From a virus (taxonomy: Duplodnaviria; Caudoviricetes): 64,000 nucleotides of DNA. The translations under genes were made by a program, and so were the position numbers. The stretch lies in IMG/VR virus record IMGVR_UViG_3300020331_000002; one strand, written 5' to 3'. This document shows positions 49,201-58,028 of this stretch, one piece after another (the stretch's first letter is position 1; each line of letters begins with the position of its first letter). The notes beneath the pieces were generated by a model that saw only the letters and a list, made by a program, of their open reading frames with translations, was not told the DNA's origin and searched no databases.

Positions 49201-50170
49201 TTATACCGTTGTAAGAAATGTTCGTGCCAATATCAGTCGGTACTTTAGTCCATTTCTCAATAACTTCTTGAGTAGAACGATCTATTCGCTGGAAATAAAC
49301 GTCTTGGTTATTGATATTCTGCTCATTGATATCCAGAATACGGTTAGGCACAGGCGATGTAAATTCAAAGCTAGACGACGTCAGACTGCCTTGTTTGAAA
49401 TATAAGAAAAACCCGTTGTTAATTGAGCTAGTGCCTTGGCCGTCATTCACATACAACATATGAAACGGGTCTGCTGGATCCGGGTGTCTCTCATAAACAT
49501 AGCCACCGTCGTCAAAATTGGCGTTGGTGATGTTAAGTGGCAATGATCTACCGTTAACGTTGATATCGACTGAGTAGTTATCTAGCGCGGTTTCGCTTGT
49601 GTTTACTGCGTATAGCTCAGTAGTTTCGCCGCCTACTTGGCCTGACTTTAGCGGCCTACCAAATTGGTTGGTTGTTAGAAAAGCTGCGTTTAGAATACTG
49701 GTGAACTGCTCAATTGAATCACTGTTATTCGCATCGTCCCAATATACGTTTGTGCCTTTTAGATTGCGACCAGCTGAGTCATATACGTCTTGGCTGGTTG
49801 ACACTGATCTAACGCGCAACAGACCACGAGCAGGTATATTACGACTAGCTTCGTAACTAAGCATACGAGCAAGACGCACAACAGAGTCACGACGCTCGGC
49901 GGTGTCGAGAAAGTTTTCACGAGTGTTCATATCAGTACGTAGCGCCATTGACGTTGTTACAAAGGCTAACAGGTCTACAATAGCAATTAGTTCTGAACTT
50001 TCCACGAAGTCATTGAAGTCTTCCGGATAGTGCTCGTTTATATACGACAGCAAATCACGTTTGATGCCGTCGAAATCATAGTTTGTGAAGTTAACGTCTT
50101 TAAAACTGCGAAAGACTTTTAGGTAGTCCTCTGCCGCAAAAAGTGTTGATTGACGTAAGGGTTGTGACAT
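46238..50170 (-). CDS. Baseplate wedge subunit (T4 gp6-like)
   Basis: NYDFDGIK..YPEDFNDFVESSE..DLLAF..RENFLDTAERRDSV.RLA.ML.Y; E..E.IK.RAP..Y.TQNRMV..EDY. Confidence 0.88.
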   Translation of the reverse strand: MSQPLRQSTLFAAEDYLKVFRSFKDVNFTNYDFDGIKRDLLSYINEHYPEDFNDFVESSELIAIVDLLAFVTTSMALRTDMNTRENFLDTAERRDSVVRLARMLSYEASRNIPARGLLRVRSVSTSQDVYDSAGRNLKGTNVYWDDANNSDSIEQFTSILNAAFLTTNQFGRPLKSGQVGGETTELYAVNTSETALDNYSVDINVNGRSLPLNITNANFDDGGYVYERHPDPADPFHMLYVNDGQGTSSINNGFFLYFKQGSLTSSSFEFTSPVPNRILDINEQNINNQDVYFQRIDRSTQEVIEKWTKVPTDIGTNISYNGISASERKIYSEITNLNDTVSLKFSDGVNGEMPKGNYRVWYRQSQNENVIIRPSDASNIQIALRYIGKDQQTYTLTVTASLEYTVDNGAPSETTENIKQRAPAVYYTQNRMVNGEDYNSLPLQKGNEIEKLHAVNRTYAGHSRYVNTADPTGYVKNLSVAGDDGVLFIERDQPEQEIFDIPVAASQSNKIPVRDLLINRVSPFVDNYRLRNFFFASYLPEAGLDAFVVDTEVPVLWKTKPGLSKYNYGYLYFRRGNSDVTLSSQDTNSYGGILPNIKQGAALTFVNPNDSFDKIHVNVTGLTRFGIPSDNETRGPITLSKEVPAGYILTRIIPRMNIDFSSYFTGIKQRVDGTTASLYETVSSTVGDNSNITDSVGINIIENIINTKSFGLGYDIIEEQWYIIENIADPDADFEITGENSWLIYFESLRENNLTKYRVITRGDRYVFESYQQAAFFYDGDNPAIDLYTGRARRDQIVLTADNTSPYPSETWVGSVEKIPRYDSFGVLQSTETKVVWRNGTVTTDNIIVMTRPGNSSNVTLTKTGAFTNISMEASNGFVKVSDSDLDSLPPVTDGQSSVTITYSDGARLGNDIIFNVVKQYLNDDGSVNNRRVEITPADLNADGVSENPLAFDNFVPLASKVAFESVIDYQGNETENVLVGGIVNITATSQLNLIDWTNIEFNGQRIRNIKMITMPDYSYMTLFASIVSSGAVDRRTQFTVARNFENKVVYIESEDKFYILPLIKHVDDIPDGETVTSNIVESTSYSAKRGRSFAVNTFSDETLPVYFRWIHYAPTDHRIDPSPSNIVDMYVLTSGYYAQVQSWKRSNGSASEFPDYPTMRELGIQFGDLKEYKMMSDEIVFRPAKFKTLFGTQANKEHQAKFLVVKIPGVVVSDNEIKTEVIKAIDEYFEISNWNFGDSFYYTELSAFIHQRLSTKISSVVIVPEKATGTFGDLFKVQAETNELFISTATVDNVEIVNDLTPGNMRKRS

Positions 50171-50174
50171 GCTG

Positions 50175-50540
50175 TTAAATTCCTGTATTTTCCGTATATT
50201 CTAGGTATAATTGGTCGGTTGTTCCCAACGGATCGTAATTGATTGTGGCCGAGATCAAGATAGAATGATCGCCTACTTGTGCTGACACTGACACCACGGT
50301 AACACGCGGATCTCTGCGCAATATTAGTCTGACTTCATCTTCTATGGCGTCTACTACTGCCTGTTCGTTCGGTTCTCCCAAATACAGATGCAGGTTAGAC
50401 CCGTAACTAACGTTACCGATCCTTGATCCACGTCGGGTTGTCAATTCATTTAGAATATCGCGCTTCACTAATTCGGCATCCGTTAATGTGTACGGCCCCG
50501 AAGTTTTGTTAATTGTACTGAGTCCTTTGAATCTAGCCAT
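50175..50540 (-). CDS. Baseplate wedge subunit (T4 gp25-like)
   Basis: D.ELVKRDILN..T.RG.R....YGS......EP....DPRV. Confidence 0.88.
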   Translation of the reverse strand: MARFKGLSTINKTSGPYTLTDAELVKRDILNELTTRRGSRIGNVSYGSNLHLYLGEPNEQAVVDAIEDEVRLILRRDPRVTVVSVSAQVGDHSILISATINYDPLGTTDQLYLEYTENTGI

Positions 50541-50566
50541 AGTCCTGATATCTTGCTCTTTAAGGA

Positions 50567-50625
50567 TATTTAGTTGAAAAAAATTTCAAAAATATCTTGA
50601 CAGGATATTACTTTGGCACTATTAT
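50567..50625. promoter_or_regulatory. Back-to-back late (minus) and early (plus) promoters with a palindromic upstream element
   Basis: CTAAATA (minus, 50567-73); TTGAAA-N4-TTTCAA (50574-89); TTGACA(50597)-N17-TATTAT(50620). Confidence 0.8.
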
Positions 50626-50672
50626 AGTTTTTACTTTTTTACTTTTCCACAATAATAAGAGGTTTAAAACCC

Positions 50673-50936
50673 ATGTCAGTTAAAAAGTTAGCACAAGAGA
50701 TCACTGATCTTCACTCTCGCTTTGCAGACTACAACAAGAAACATCCTGGACGTCGGTTCCATATCATCAGAACCGGTAATAGCAACCGCCCACAGTTGCA
50801 CTGGATCATTAACGAATTCGGTGTTTACGATTCAAAGTCGAAGAAGTACATTCTGGCGTACATTAATCATTTTGATGCTCCTAGCGCAGTTGAAGAGATG
50901 CGCGAACTAATCACTTCGGCTGAAAAGGAAAAGTAA
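50673..50936 (+). CDS. Small early hypothetical protein inserted in the baseplate cluster
   Basis: 87-aa ORF with its own promoter, GAGG RBS and terminator. Confidence 0.78.
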   Translation: MSVKKLAQEITDLHSRFADYNKKHPGRRFHIIRTGNSNRPQLHWIINEFGVYDSKSKKYILAYINHFDAPSAVEEMRELITSAEKEK

Positions 50937-50949
50937 GTCGAAGTTAGGT

Positions 50950-50978
50950 AAAAAAGGCGCTTAAAAGCGCCTTTTTTT
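50950..50978. terminator. Bidirectional intrinsic terminator
   Basis: AAAAAAGGCGCTT-AA-AAGCGCCTTTTTT. Confidence 0.88.
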
Positions 50979-52938
50979 ATCCCCGTTTATCTGTCTTGTA
51001 GTCGGGATACCATTTTTCTACATCACCTGTATTTTCATGCTCCCTGCACGGCTCACGTGTCATAAATCGTTTAACGATTGTTTTGATTTCTTCTGACATG
51101 TAACTCAACGAAAATACCTTATTGCCGTCGGGTTTCAATTCACCCAATACGTTGTATTTTTCATTTAATTCAGCAAGTTGTATTTCATCAGGCTCGATAG
51201 GATCGACTACCATTTCTTCGTTTACGTCTGATCCCGTGCCAGCTGCGCCTACACCAGATGCACCGGGCGACACAACGGCAGCAAGGAAGTTAGGTGAGCC
51301 ATTACCATCCAAAGTGTCTTTGACGTTCTGTGCCTTTACCGAACCAGCCAAGTGCGTAGTACCTTGCAAACCTATTTTACTAGCGTTAAGGCCTACTTCT
51401 GAAGCATCTATGGTAGACTTTCCACCTGAGGTAACACCAACAGTACCGTCAGTTGTAATGCCTATTGATCCTGCCATGTTTATAGTTGAACCGGAGCTCT
51501 TAATAGTCGTAGTATCACCAGTCACGCGCAACGACGGCGTCTTAGTTGTTATGTGCTGCTCTACTTCTGTAACTGAGTTGCCTTCTATTTTTACGGTTAC
51601 GTTTGCTTCTGAGTATGTATATGAATCCATTCTGTAAATTGAATGGGTGTTTTTACGGTACTCGGTTTTTACTTCATCTTGGTAAACAAAGTTTGATTTC
51701 TTCTTGATGTCACTGCGCAGATCGTTTTCAACATAAATGTCATAGTCGTTGTTAGCTTGTATCTTGATATTGCCGCCTTGGCCTTCTAGTTCCTCGGCAA
51801 CTTCGCCTTTATCAGAACCTTTGTAATCTTTAGCGGCTTTCAATTGCATATCGCGACCAGCTTCAATATTAATATCCCTGTCGGCACGCAAGTTAAGGTC
51901 TTCATGGCTTCGAACACTTACTGATTTTGCACTAAAGATATCTACATTGCCTGTTTCACTTAATTGTATCCAGGCATTACCATCACGGTTGTTAATGTAA
52001 ACAATACCGTCAGTTTCACCTATATAAATCTGTGCGCCTGAACGGGTACGTAATCTCACAAACTCCGAGCCTTCTTCATCACTCAAAACAAATTGTGAGC
52101 CACCCTTTCTACGAATAGGTACTTCTTGGGTGTCTTCTAACTCAGGGTCTAATTGATGCTTGGTAGTTGACTTATATATTGCCTCGCTTTTTGACTGTGA
52201 GAAACTAGGCTTATTACCCTTTACGGCATAATATTCTGCATCAGCTGCGGGGTCAGTTATGCGCGGGCCAGGCGTATTCATACCATATATTTCAGCTGCG
52301 TTTGACGTCATAGAACCAACACTTGTAGGCCCCCTAACTTGGTCATGTATCAAACCACTTTTGCGCAAGCCTGCAGAAAGATACGGCTGAATAGGACGAT
52401 TCTCATCTCTAAAACTCTCTGTAACAGCCGAATAGAGTTTATTGTACTCTGCAACGGGCAACGGTGTACTTTCTGAATTGGTACTGTCATAGAACCCGTC
52501 GCGTCTTTTATTGGGTTCTTTGGCTGTAACTGCGGGCACCATATTATGTGAGTGGGCTTCTGGTATACATGCGAACCAATATGCTCTGGTAGTTTTACCC
52601 ACAGCCAACGCAATTAATACTTGGTTATTAATATCAGGCGGCACAGCCCAGAAGCCGTAGCTAGACTGAGTATCAACATACGACTGGTGATCGTTACCGA
52701 TCCAGTCTAACGGGGTTGATCCGGCGAAAGGGCTCGCGTAATGACATTTTATCCACCCGTTCCTGTCGCTTGGTGCTGAGCCCGAAAGCTCAGGCACGTA
52801 CACCATCAAGCTGCCGTTTCTACGAATGTCACGGTTGTCTTTAACTTGCCCTACATAAATGCTTTGGTTGTTTTTACCAGGATAATGATCACCGGAATCA
52901 GTAATCATATCCGGCTTGTTATTCTTTACACTTCTCAT
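50977..52938 (-). CDS. Baseplate hub/spike protein (T4 gp5/VgrG-like, no lysozyme domain seen)
   Basis: YVGQVKDNRD..G.L.V.VPEL OB-fold, SYGFWAVPPD..QVL, VRLRTRSGAQI, beta-helix repeats, C-terminal EPCREHE. Confidence 0.82.
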   Translation of the reverse strand: MRSVKNNKPDMITDSGDHYPGKNNQSIYVGQVKDNRDIRRNGSLMVYVPELSGSAPSDRNGWIKCHYASPFAGSTPLDWIGNDHQSYVDTQSSYGFWAVPPDINNQVLIALAVGKTTRAYWFACIPEAHSHNMVPAVTAKEPNKRRDGFYDSTNSESTPLPVAEYNKLYSAVTESFRDENRPIQPYLSAGLRKSGLIHDQVRGPTSVGSMTSNAAEIYGMNTPGPRITDPAADAEYYAVKGNKPSFSQSKSEAIYKSTTKHQLDPELEDTQEVPIRRKGGSQFVLSDEEGSEFVRLRTRSGAQIYIGETDGIVYINNRDGNAWIQLSETGNVDIFSAKSVSVRSHEDLNLRADRDINIEAGRDMQLKAAKDYKGSDKGEVAEELEGQGGNIKIQANNDYDIYVENDLRSDIKKKSNFVYQDEVKTEYRKNTHSIYRMDSYTYSEANVTVKIEGNSVTEVEQHITTKTPSLRVTGDTTTIKSSGSTINMAGSIGITTDGTVGVTSGGKSTIDASEVGLNASKIGLQGTTHLAGSVKAQNVKDTLDGNGSPNFLAAVVSPGASGVGAAGTGSDVNEEMVVDPIEPDEIQLAELNEKYNVLGELKPDGNKVFSLSYMSEEIKTIVKRFMTREPCREHENTGDVEKWYPDYKTDKRG

Positions 52939-52939
52939 A

Positions 52940-54967
52940 TTATTCGTCTACACTCACGTACCAACTAGCAGGCCTTACAAGATTCAATGTTTGTGTGAAA
53001 TTACCTTCATCAAATACATGTGTTACTTCTAAAACTCGATATACATTAGTCATGGCCGGGTCGGGTTTTGTGCCCGGTTTATTCTCGTATGCCAAGTCCT
53101 TTTTCATATTATTAACTTGTAGATAAATGTACTGATCGTACGGCAAATTAAAACTAAGCCAATCAGGATCGCCTTGTATTTTAATCTCACCTGTTGCTGC
53201 GACATCAAAGTCTTCAAACAACTCACGAACAATACTTTCGCTTTCAATTATTACGCCGTCGCGGGTGTCTCCTATTACCCCGTGCGACTTTTCTTTCTGG
53301 TCAGCTATATCATATACATACGACGGCACTGTGTTGAAAAACTCCGCGTCGCTACTGTGAGAAGGGGTTGATTTAGTTGTTACCAAATTAGCAGAAGGCG
53401 CAGTGTCTGATTCAGCTGTGGTCCTTACGTCATTTGTCTGTGCCTTTTTGCCAGGCGCGTTAACCGAGTTCATAAATTTACTAAGGTTATCCGGGCGCAG
53501 AGCTCTATGCCATGTGAAGTCAATCTCAACGTCAAAGTCAATTACTGATTGGTTTTTACCAGTAAAAATATAGTTGTATTGTTTATAAAGATATACACCG
53601 TATTGGGTGTATTCGTTACTAAGCAGAGACTCTTTCTTAAAACGTGCCGGGCCAGTAACATCGACTCGTGCTTTTCTACGCTTGCGCACAATATAATAAT
53701 AGTCGTAAATGTTCCTATTAGCGTCTTCTGAATACGACACTGGACGCACATCAGTCTCAATAGTGTAGTAATCAACACTAGATAAGTTCCCTGACTTTTC
53801 CTTTTTAGGTCGATCCACTACCGCGTAGTGCAGGCGAGTATGCTTCATTAAACTACGAATAACAGTAACAATATCAGTCTTGGAATTAACTTTAAGGTCT
53901 TCTATATTGAAAGCTTTATTTTCAGTAGACTTGGAGTTAATTGCGAATTCCAATTCTTGGTCGTTAAACCCTTCAAATATTACGACTGATTTCTCGCGCA
54001 ACGAACTCATAATAATATTGTATTTTAGTTCGCCGTCTGATTCATCAAGCACACGCTGGGCTTGGTGCTTAGCAGTTTGACCTATCTTTTTAAACAGTTC
54101 GCCTTCTTCATAGTTTCCGTTACTGCCAGTGGCACCTAAAACATCCTTGATAGATTTCATTTTCTTTAGTTCTTGGGACGTTATAGTAACTTCATAATCT
54201 AGATCTACTGCGGTTTTTTGCAGTGCGAGCGAGTTAAGACCGACAAGCTCTACTTCGTATTGCGAGCCGTTAGAGTCCATCTTAGTACGGACCCTAACTA
54301 CTTTAAATCGTATTGTTTGTTTGGATATTTGATCAGTACCGAACTTCACAACTTCAGGCGCGTTGGTTGTAGAACGTCCTGTGAACCAGATATTAAGATA
54401 CGTAGGCACTGATATAGGACTGGAGCCTAAATCCAGCGTCTTAATACCCTCTATGATTTTTTCAGGCAGGGTGCACCCGTTGGGCTCAGTAATAGTCATC
54501 CGCGCTTTTACAGAGGGCATGCTACTTTCAGAACCAGTAGATGTATGAATCGTAACTAACTCGAACTTAGAAATGATCAGTTCGCTGGCGCCGGTTTTAG
54601 CAAGTACGTATTTAGAGTCGTCAGGTAGGTTCCCTACCGTTGTGAGGTCATCAATAACAGAGTACCGATCCATACGTAGATCACCCGCAGCGTCCAAGTC
54701 CAATTTAGCCATGAACCATTCAAGGTTATACATATTTGTGTGGTATTTGTAAAGCGGATTGCCGTCGTCTAGTACTTCGCTACTTTGTTCCCTGTCTGTT
54801 TGAGTGATATCATCATCAAGAGGTACGTTTTGTCGGCCGCCTGAGTTCTCGAAAGCAGTAACTTCTTGACGTCTATTACTTTCATCAACAAGCGGTGAAA
54901 AGTCATTCCCCGTTTCTGTCACAGTGAACGGATTAAACGGATTCGGTTCTACTTTATTATTGCTCAT
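52940..54967 (-). CDS. Baseplate hub protein (gp27-like)
   Basis: YNYIFTGKNQSVIDFD..F and IKIQGDPDWL..YRV..V.H.F..G.FTQ.L; position before gp5. Confidence 0.65.
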   Translation of the reverse strand: MSNNKVEPNPFNPFTVTETGNDFSPLVDESNRRQEVTAFENSGGRQNVPLDDDITQTDREQSSEVLDDGNPLYKYHTNMYNLEWFMAKLDLDAAGDLRMDRYSVIDDLTTVGNLPDDSKYVLAKTGASELIISKFELVTIHTSTGSESSMPSVKARMTITEPNGCTLPEKIIEGIKTLDLGSSPISVPTYLNIWFTGRSTTNAPEVVKFGTDQISKQTIRFKVVRVRTKMDSNGSQYEVELVGLNSLALQKTAVDLDYEVTITSQELKKMKSIKDVLGATGSNGNYEEGELFKKIGQTAKHQAQRVLDESDGELKYNIIMSSLREKSVVIFEGFNDQELEFAINSKSTENKAFNIEDLKVNSKTDIVTVIRSLMKHTRLHYAVVDRPKKEKSGNLSSVDYYTIETDVRPVSYSEDANRNIYDYYYIVRKRRKARVDVTGPARFKKESLLSNEYTQYGVYLYKQYNYIFTGKNQSVIDFDVEIDFTWHRALRPDNLSKFMNSVNAPGKKAQTNDVRTTAESDTAPSANLVTTKSTPSHSSDAEFFNTVPSYVYDIADQKEKSHGVIGDTRDGVIIESESIVRELFEDFDVAATGEIKIQGDPDWLSFNLPYDQYIYLQVNNMKKDLAYENKPGTKPDPAMTNVYRVLEVTHVFDEGNFTQTLNLVRPASWYVSVDE

Positions 54968-55236
54968 ATTTGAATGTTGTCTCTGTTTGGAACTTTTATG
55001 CTTAGGCCAGCCACGAAGTCGTGTATAGGGTCTTCTAGCAAGTCCTTGTTATGTTGCCAAAAAACCCAGAATAGTCGCTCGTCACCATACAATTCACTAG
55101 CCAGTAAATCAGGGCGTTGGTGATGCGCATTAGAAATGACTATCGTTCTGTCATCACGGGATTTAGCTATACTAACCGGCTGCCACAAATCGCGATAGAA
55201 ATCGCGAAGGGGAGTGTTTTTATAAGGGTTACTCAT
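54964..55236 (-). CDS. gp53-like/LysM-like baseplate wedge protein
   Basis: RPDLLASELYGDERLFWVF..N..L.DPI.DF..G..I.VP. Confidence 0.75.
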   Translation of the reverse strand: MSNPYKNTPLRDFYRDLWQPVSIAKSRDDRTIVISNAHHQRPDLLASELYGDERLFWVFWQHNKDLLEDPIHDFVAGLSIKVPNRDNIQI

Positions 55237-55847
55237 TAGTAGAATCCTTTAATTGCGTTTTGTCCAGTTGCGTATTGTTCTATATCAAAATCAGTGAGTG
55301 ATTCGTTTGCAGGGTACACCGGAGACAGGGTAATGTTTATGGTGGCTTTTACTTGTACTCGACCGTACTCGGTATCCACATAATCAGAATCCTGGTTGTT
55401 AATCGGCACGACAAAGTTCTTCATAACTACCGGTACTTTATTGTAGATGAAGTCGCCGTTAGAGCTAAACTCTAATATCGGCGGCGGGGCGCCTGCGCCT
55501 TGACTTTTACCTATAAAACCTTTAGTCACTGTTCTACAAAACTGGATCGCGCCTATAAAATAATGCGCTTTGTGCTTGGTGTTGTTTACGAACGGTAGCA
55601 CCACTGAAATGTCGTTTACTGCACTACGTTTCCAAGAATATATGTTATGATTGGTATGAACCAAGTCGTTGCTGGTGTAGTCAGCCTGAGCACTGATGTT
55701 TATCTCAGGCGGTAGCAAAAACGCGATGCCGTTCCTTGATTGATCAGGGTTGGCTTCGTTTCTGGACGACAGGAAGCTCATGGGTTCTTTCCCAAACCAC
55801 TCCCCGTATGCGTCGTTTTTTATAAATAGTCCACCTTTGCCGATCAC
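55236..55847 (-). CDS. Tail-tube initiator/baseplate-tube junction (gp48/gp54-like)
   Basis: P.I.....A.Y....L.H.N..Y, F.RTVTK.F.G....G.PPPIL.F...G......VPVV. Confidence 0.65.
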   Translation of the reverse strand: MIGKGGLFIKNDAYGEWFGKEPMSFLSSRNEANPDQSRNGIAFLLPPEINISAQADYTSNDLVHTNHNIYSWKRSAVNDISVVLPFVNNTKHKAHYFIGAIQFCRTVTKGFIGKSQGAGAPPPILEFSSNGDFIYNKVPVVMKNFVVPINNQDSDYVDTEYGRVQVKATINITLSPVYPANESLTDFDIEQYATGQNAIKGFY

Positions 55848-55867
55848 GTTAATACTCCATTTTCTAA

Positions 55868-55915
55868 TATTTAGCTATCAAAAAGTTGCATTCTGTTTGG
55901 GATCTATGCTATAAT
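55868..55915. promoter_or_regulatory. Back-to-back late (minus) and sigma70 (plus) promoters
   Basis: CTAAATA (minus, 55868-74); TTGCAT(55886)-N18-TATAAT(55910) with a TG extension, upstream of gp55. Confidence 0.75.
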
Positions 55916-55980
55916 GTAGAAGATATCTTCCCGTGCACAGATGCGGAATAAAAACAATAATAATAAAAATCGAGGATATA

Positions 55981-56781
55981 ATGTCAAACACCGATAATTC
56001 GCACTACCTGAAAAACCGCGAAATGACAGCGGAAATCAACAAGTGCAAATACACCTATTGTCATTTCATTTCACCAGAATACCAGAGATACGAAGGAATT
56101 CTCGAGGGTTCGTATAAGGACATTTTCTCTAAAGCCGTAGACGATGATGGGGTTGAGTTTCAGCCACATATTGTAAAAGCTGTTAAACGGTACGCTAAAA
56201 ACAAGCGCAACGAAACAGGCCAAGTAATGGCTGTTGAAGATGTAGACTTAAGCGATGTTGTTTTCAGAGTAATGACTGATGAGCACATACCTACCGACGA
56301 GACAGGCGAGCCTATAAAACTTAACTTCCCTGCTTTCAAGCATTACATTGTAACTGACTTAGAAAAGGAAGAGGTTAAAGAAGTGGGTAAGAGCCACCAC
56401 TCAGACGAAAATACGTTTTCGATGACACACGGTAAAACTTCCAATAAACTGGGAGAGATTTACCTACTTATGGTTAATCGCTATGGAGGCCGCTATAACT
56501 GGCGCGGGTACTCTTATCTCGATGATATGAAAGGCCAGGCACTTACTCAATTAGCAAAAGTTGGTTTGATGTTCAACGAAGCTAAGGGCACAGATCATCC
56601 AAACCCGTTTGCTTATTACACTACTATTATTAAACGTTGTTTTAGCAAAGTAATAAAAGACGAGAAACGAGTGAGTGAGATTCGCGACAGCTTGTTAATG
56701 GACGCAGATCGTGATCCTAGCAACGCTAAGCAACTTGAGCTTGAATCAGCTTACCGTAACCGCTACAGTGAGGACGACTAA
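55981..56781 (+). CDS. Late-transcription sigma factor (T4 gp55-like)
   Basis: Start at ATG 55981 (RBS GAGGA); HYLKNREM, YGGRYNWRGYSY.DDM, NPFAYYTTI. Confidence 0.88.
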   Translation: MSNTDNSHYLKNREMTAEINKCKYTYCHFISPEYQRYEGILEGSYKDIFSKAVDDDGVEFQPHIVKAVKRYAKNKRNETGQVMAVEDVDLSDVVFRVMTDEHIPTDETGEPIKLNFPAFKHYIVTDLEKEEVKEVGKSHHSDENTFSMTHGKTSNKLGEIYLLMVNRYGGRYNWRGYSYLDDMKGQALTQLAKVGLMFNEAKGTDHPNPFAYYTTIIKRCFSKVIKDEKRVSEIRDSLLMDADRDPSNAKQLELESAYRNRYSEDD

Positions 56782-57803
56782 TGGATTTTCAGCAGTTCGA
56801 AAGATCTATTATTTTTACCGATATTCACTTCGGTTTACGCAACAACTCGGCTACACACAACCAAGATTGTCTTGATTTCATAGATGCGATGATCGCGCAC
56901 GCGCATGCCAACGATTGCGAAACTGCCATTTTTATGGGTGACTGGCACCACAGCCGTAACCAAATAAACGTGAGCACACTCAATTACACACACCGTGCTC
57001 TGGGCAAATTAAGTCAGAATTTCAAGCAAGTATTTTTCATAGTCGGTAACCACGATTTATTTTACCGTGACAAACGTGATATTCACTCAATTCCTATGAG
57101 TGAGTTGTACCCTAATATCATGCCGATTACTGAAATTACCACAGTAGGTAACGCTACTTTTGTGCCTTGGTTAGTCGGTGACGAATGGAAGAAAGTGAAG
57201 AAGATCAAGTCAAAATATATCTTCGGCCACTTTGAAATACCGGGTTTTAAAATGAACAATATTGTTGAAGTTCCTGACCATGGTGAAATTAGTTCGTCCC
57301 ACTTTAAGTACTCTGACTGGGTGTTTTCAGGACACTTACACAAGCGCCAAATCAACGGCAACATTATCTATACCGGTAATTGTTTCCCGCATGACTACGG
57401 CGACTCTGGCGACACTGACAGAGGTTGGTGCACCTTAGCCGACGGTGAAAAACCAGAGTTACACAACTGGGTGGGTTGTCCAAGATTCATCCGTTGTAAT
57501 CTTAGTGAAATCGCAGCGGATCCTGACAAGTTCCTTATTCCAAAAGCGTACATAAAGGCAGTAACTGATGTTGATCTAAGTTACGAGGAAGTTGCGCATA
57601 TGAAAGAAACGTTCCAGAACAGCTTTAATATCCGCGAGTTCAGACTGGTAGCGCCTAGTGAATCAGTTGACGGTGATTCAGAGCTTACACAAGAAGAAGA
57701 ATCCCAAAGTGTTGACGAGATTGTAACAAAACAAATCGAAGACCTTGAGTCTGATTCTTTTGATAAGAAACTACTTTTAGACATTTACAACGAGCTGGGT
57801 TAA
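56781..57803 (+). CDS. Recombination endonuclease subunit (T4 gp47/Mre11-SbcD-like)
   Basis: FTDIHFG, FMGDWHH, IVGNHD, IFGHFE, FSGHLH metallophosphoesterase motifs. Confidence 0.93.
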   Translation: MDFQQFERSIIFTDIHFGLRNNSATHNQDCLDFIDAMIAHAHANDCETAIFMGDWHHSRNQINVSTLNYTHRALGKLSQNFKQVFFIVGNHDLFYRDKRDIHSIPMSELYPNIMPITEITTVGNATFVPWLVGDEWKKVKKIKSKYIFGHFEIPGFKMNNIVEVPDHGEISSSHFKYSDWVFSGHLHKRQINGNIIYTGNCFPHDYGDSGDTDRGWCTLADGEKPELHNWVGCPRFIRCNLSEIAADPDKFLIPKAYIKAVTDVDLSYEEVAHMKETFQNSFNIREFRLVAPSESVDGDSELTQEEESQSVDEIVTKQIEDLESDSFDKKLLLDIYNELG

Positions 57804-57821
57804 CCAGCTCTAGGAGTTACT

Positions 57822-58028
57822 ATGAGTTGCACACATGAAAGGCAAGTTGACCCCGTATGGGTTACGGAAACATGTAGTTGGACAGGCGAAGAAGTTAGTC
57901 ACTGGGAGTACCAAGAACCAGTTTCAACCTTTGTTGATGTATCCACCCATTCATATAAATGCACACAATGCGGCGAAGTGTTTTATTACTCACAACGTGG
58001 GAAACAAATAGAAGAAGGCAAGCTTTAA
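57822..58028 (+). CDS. Small Zn-ribbon protein
   Basis: CxH near the N-terminus and YKCTQCGE; GGAG RBS; stop overlaps the gp46 start (TAATG). Confidence 0.68.
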   Translation: MSCTHERQVDPVWVTETCSWTGEEVSHWEYQEPVSTFVDVSTHSYKCTQCGEVFYYSQRGKQIEEGKL

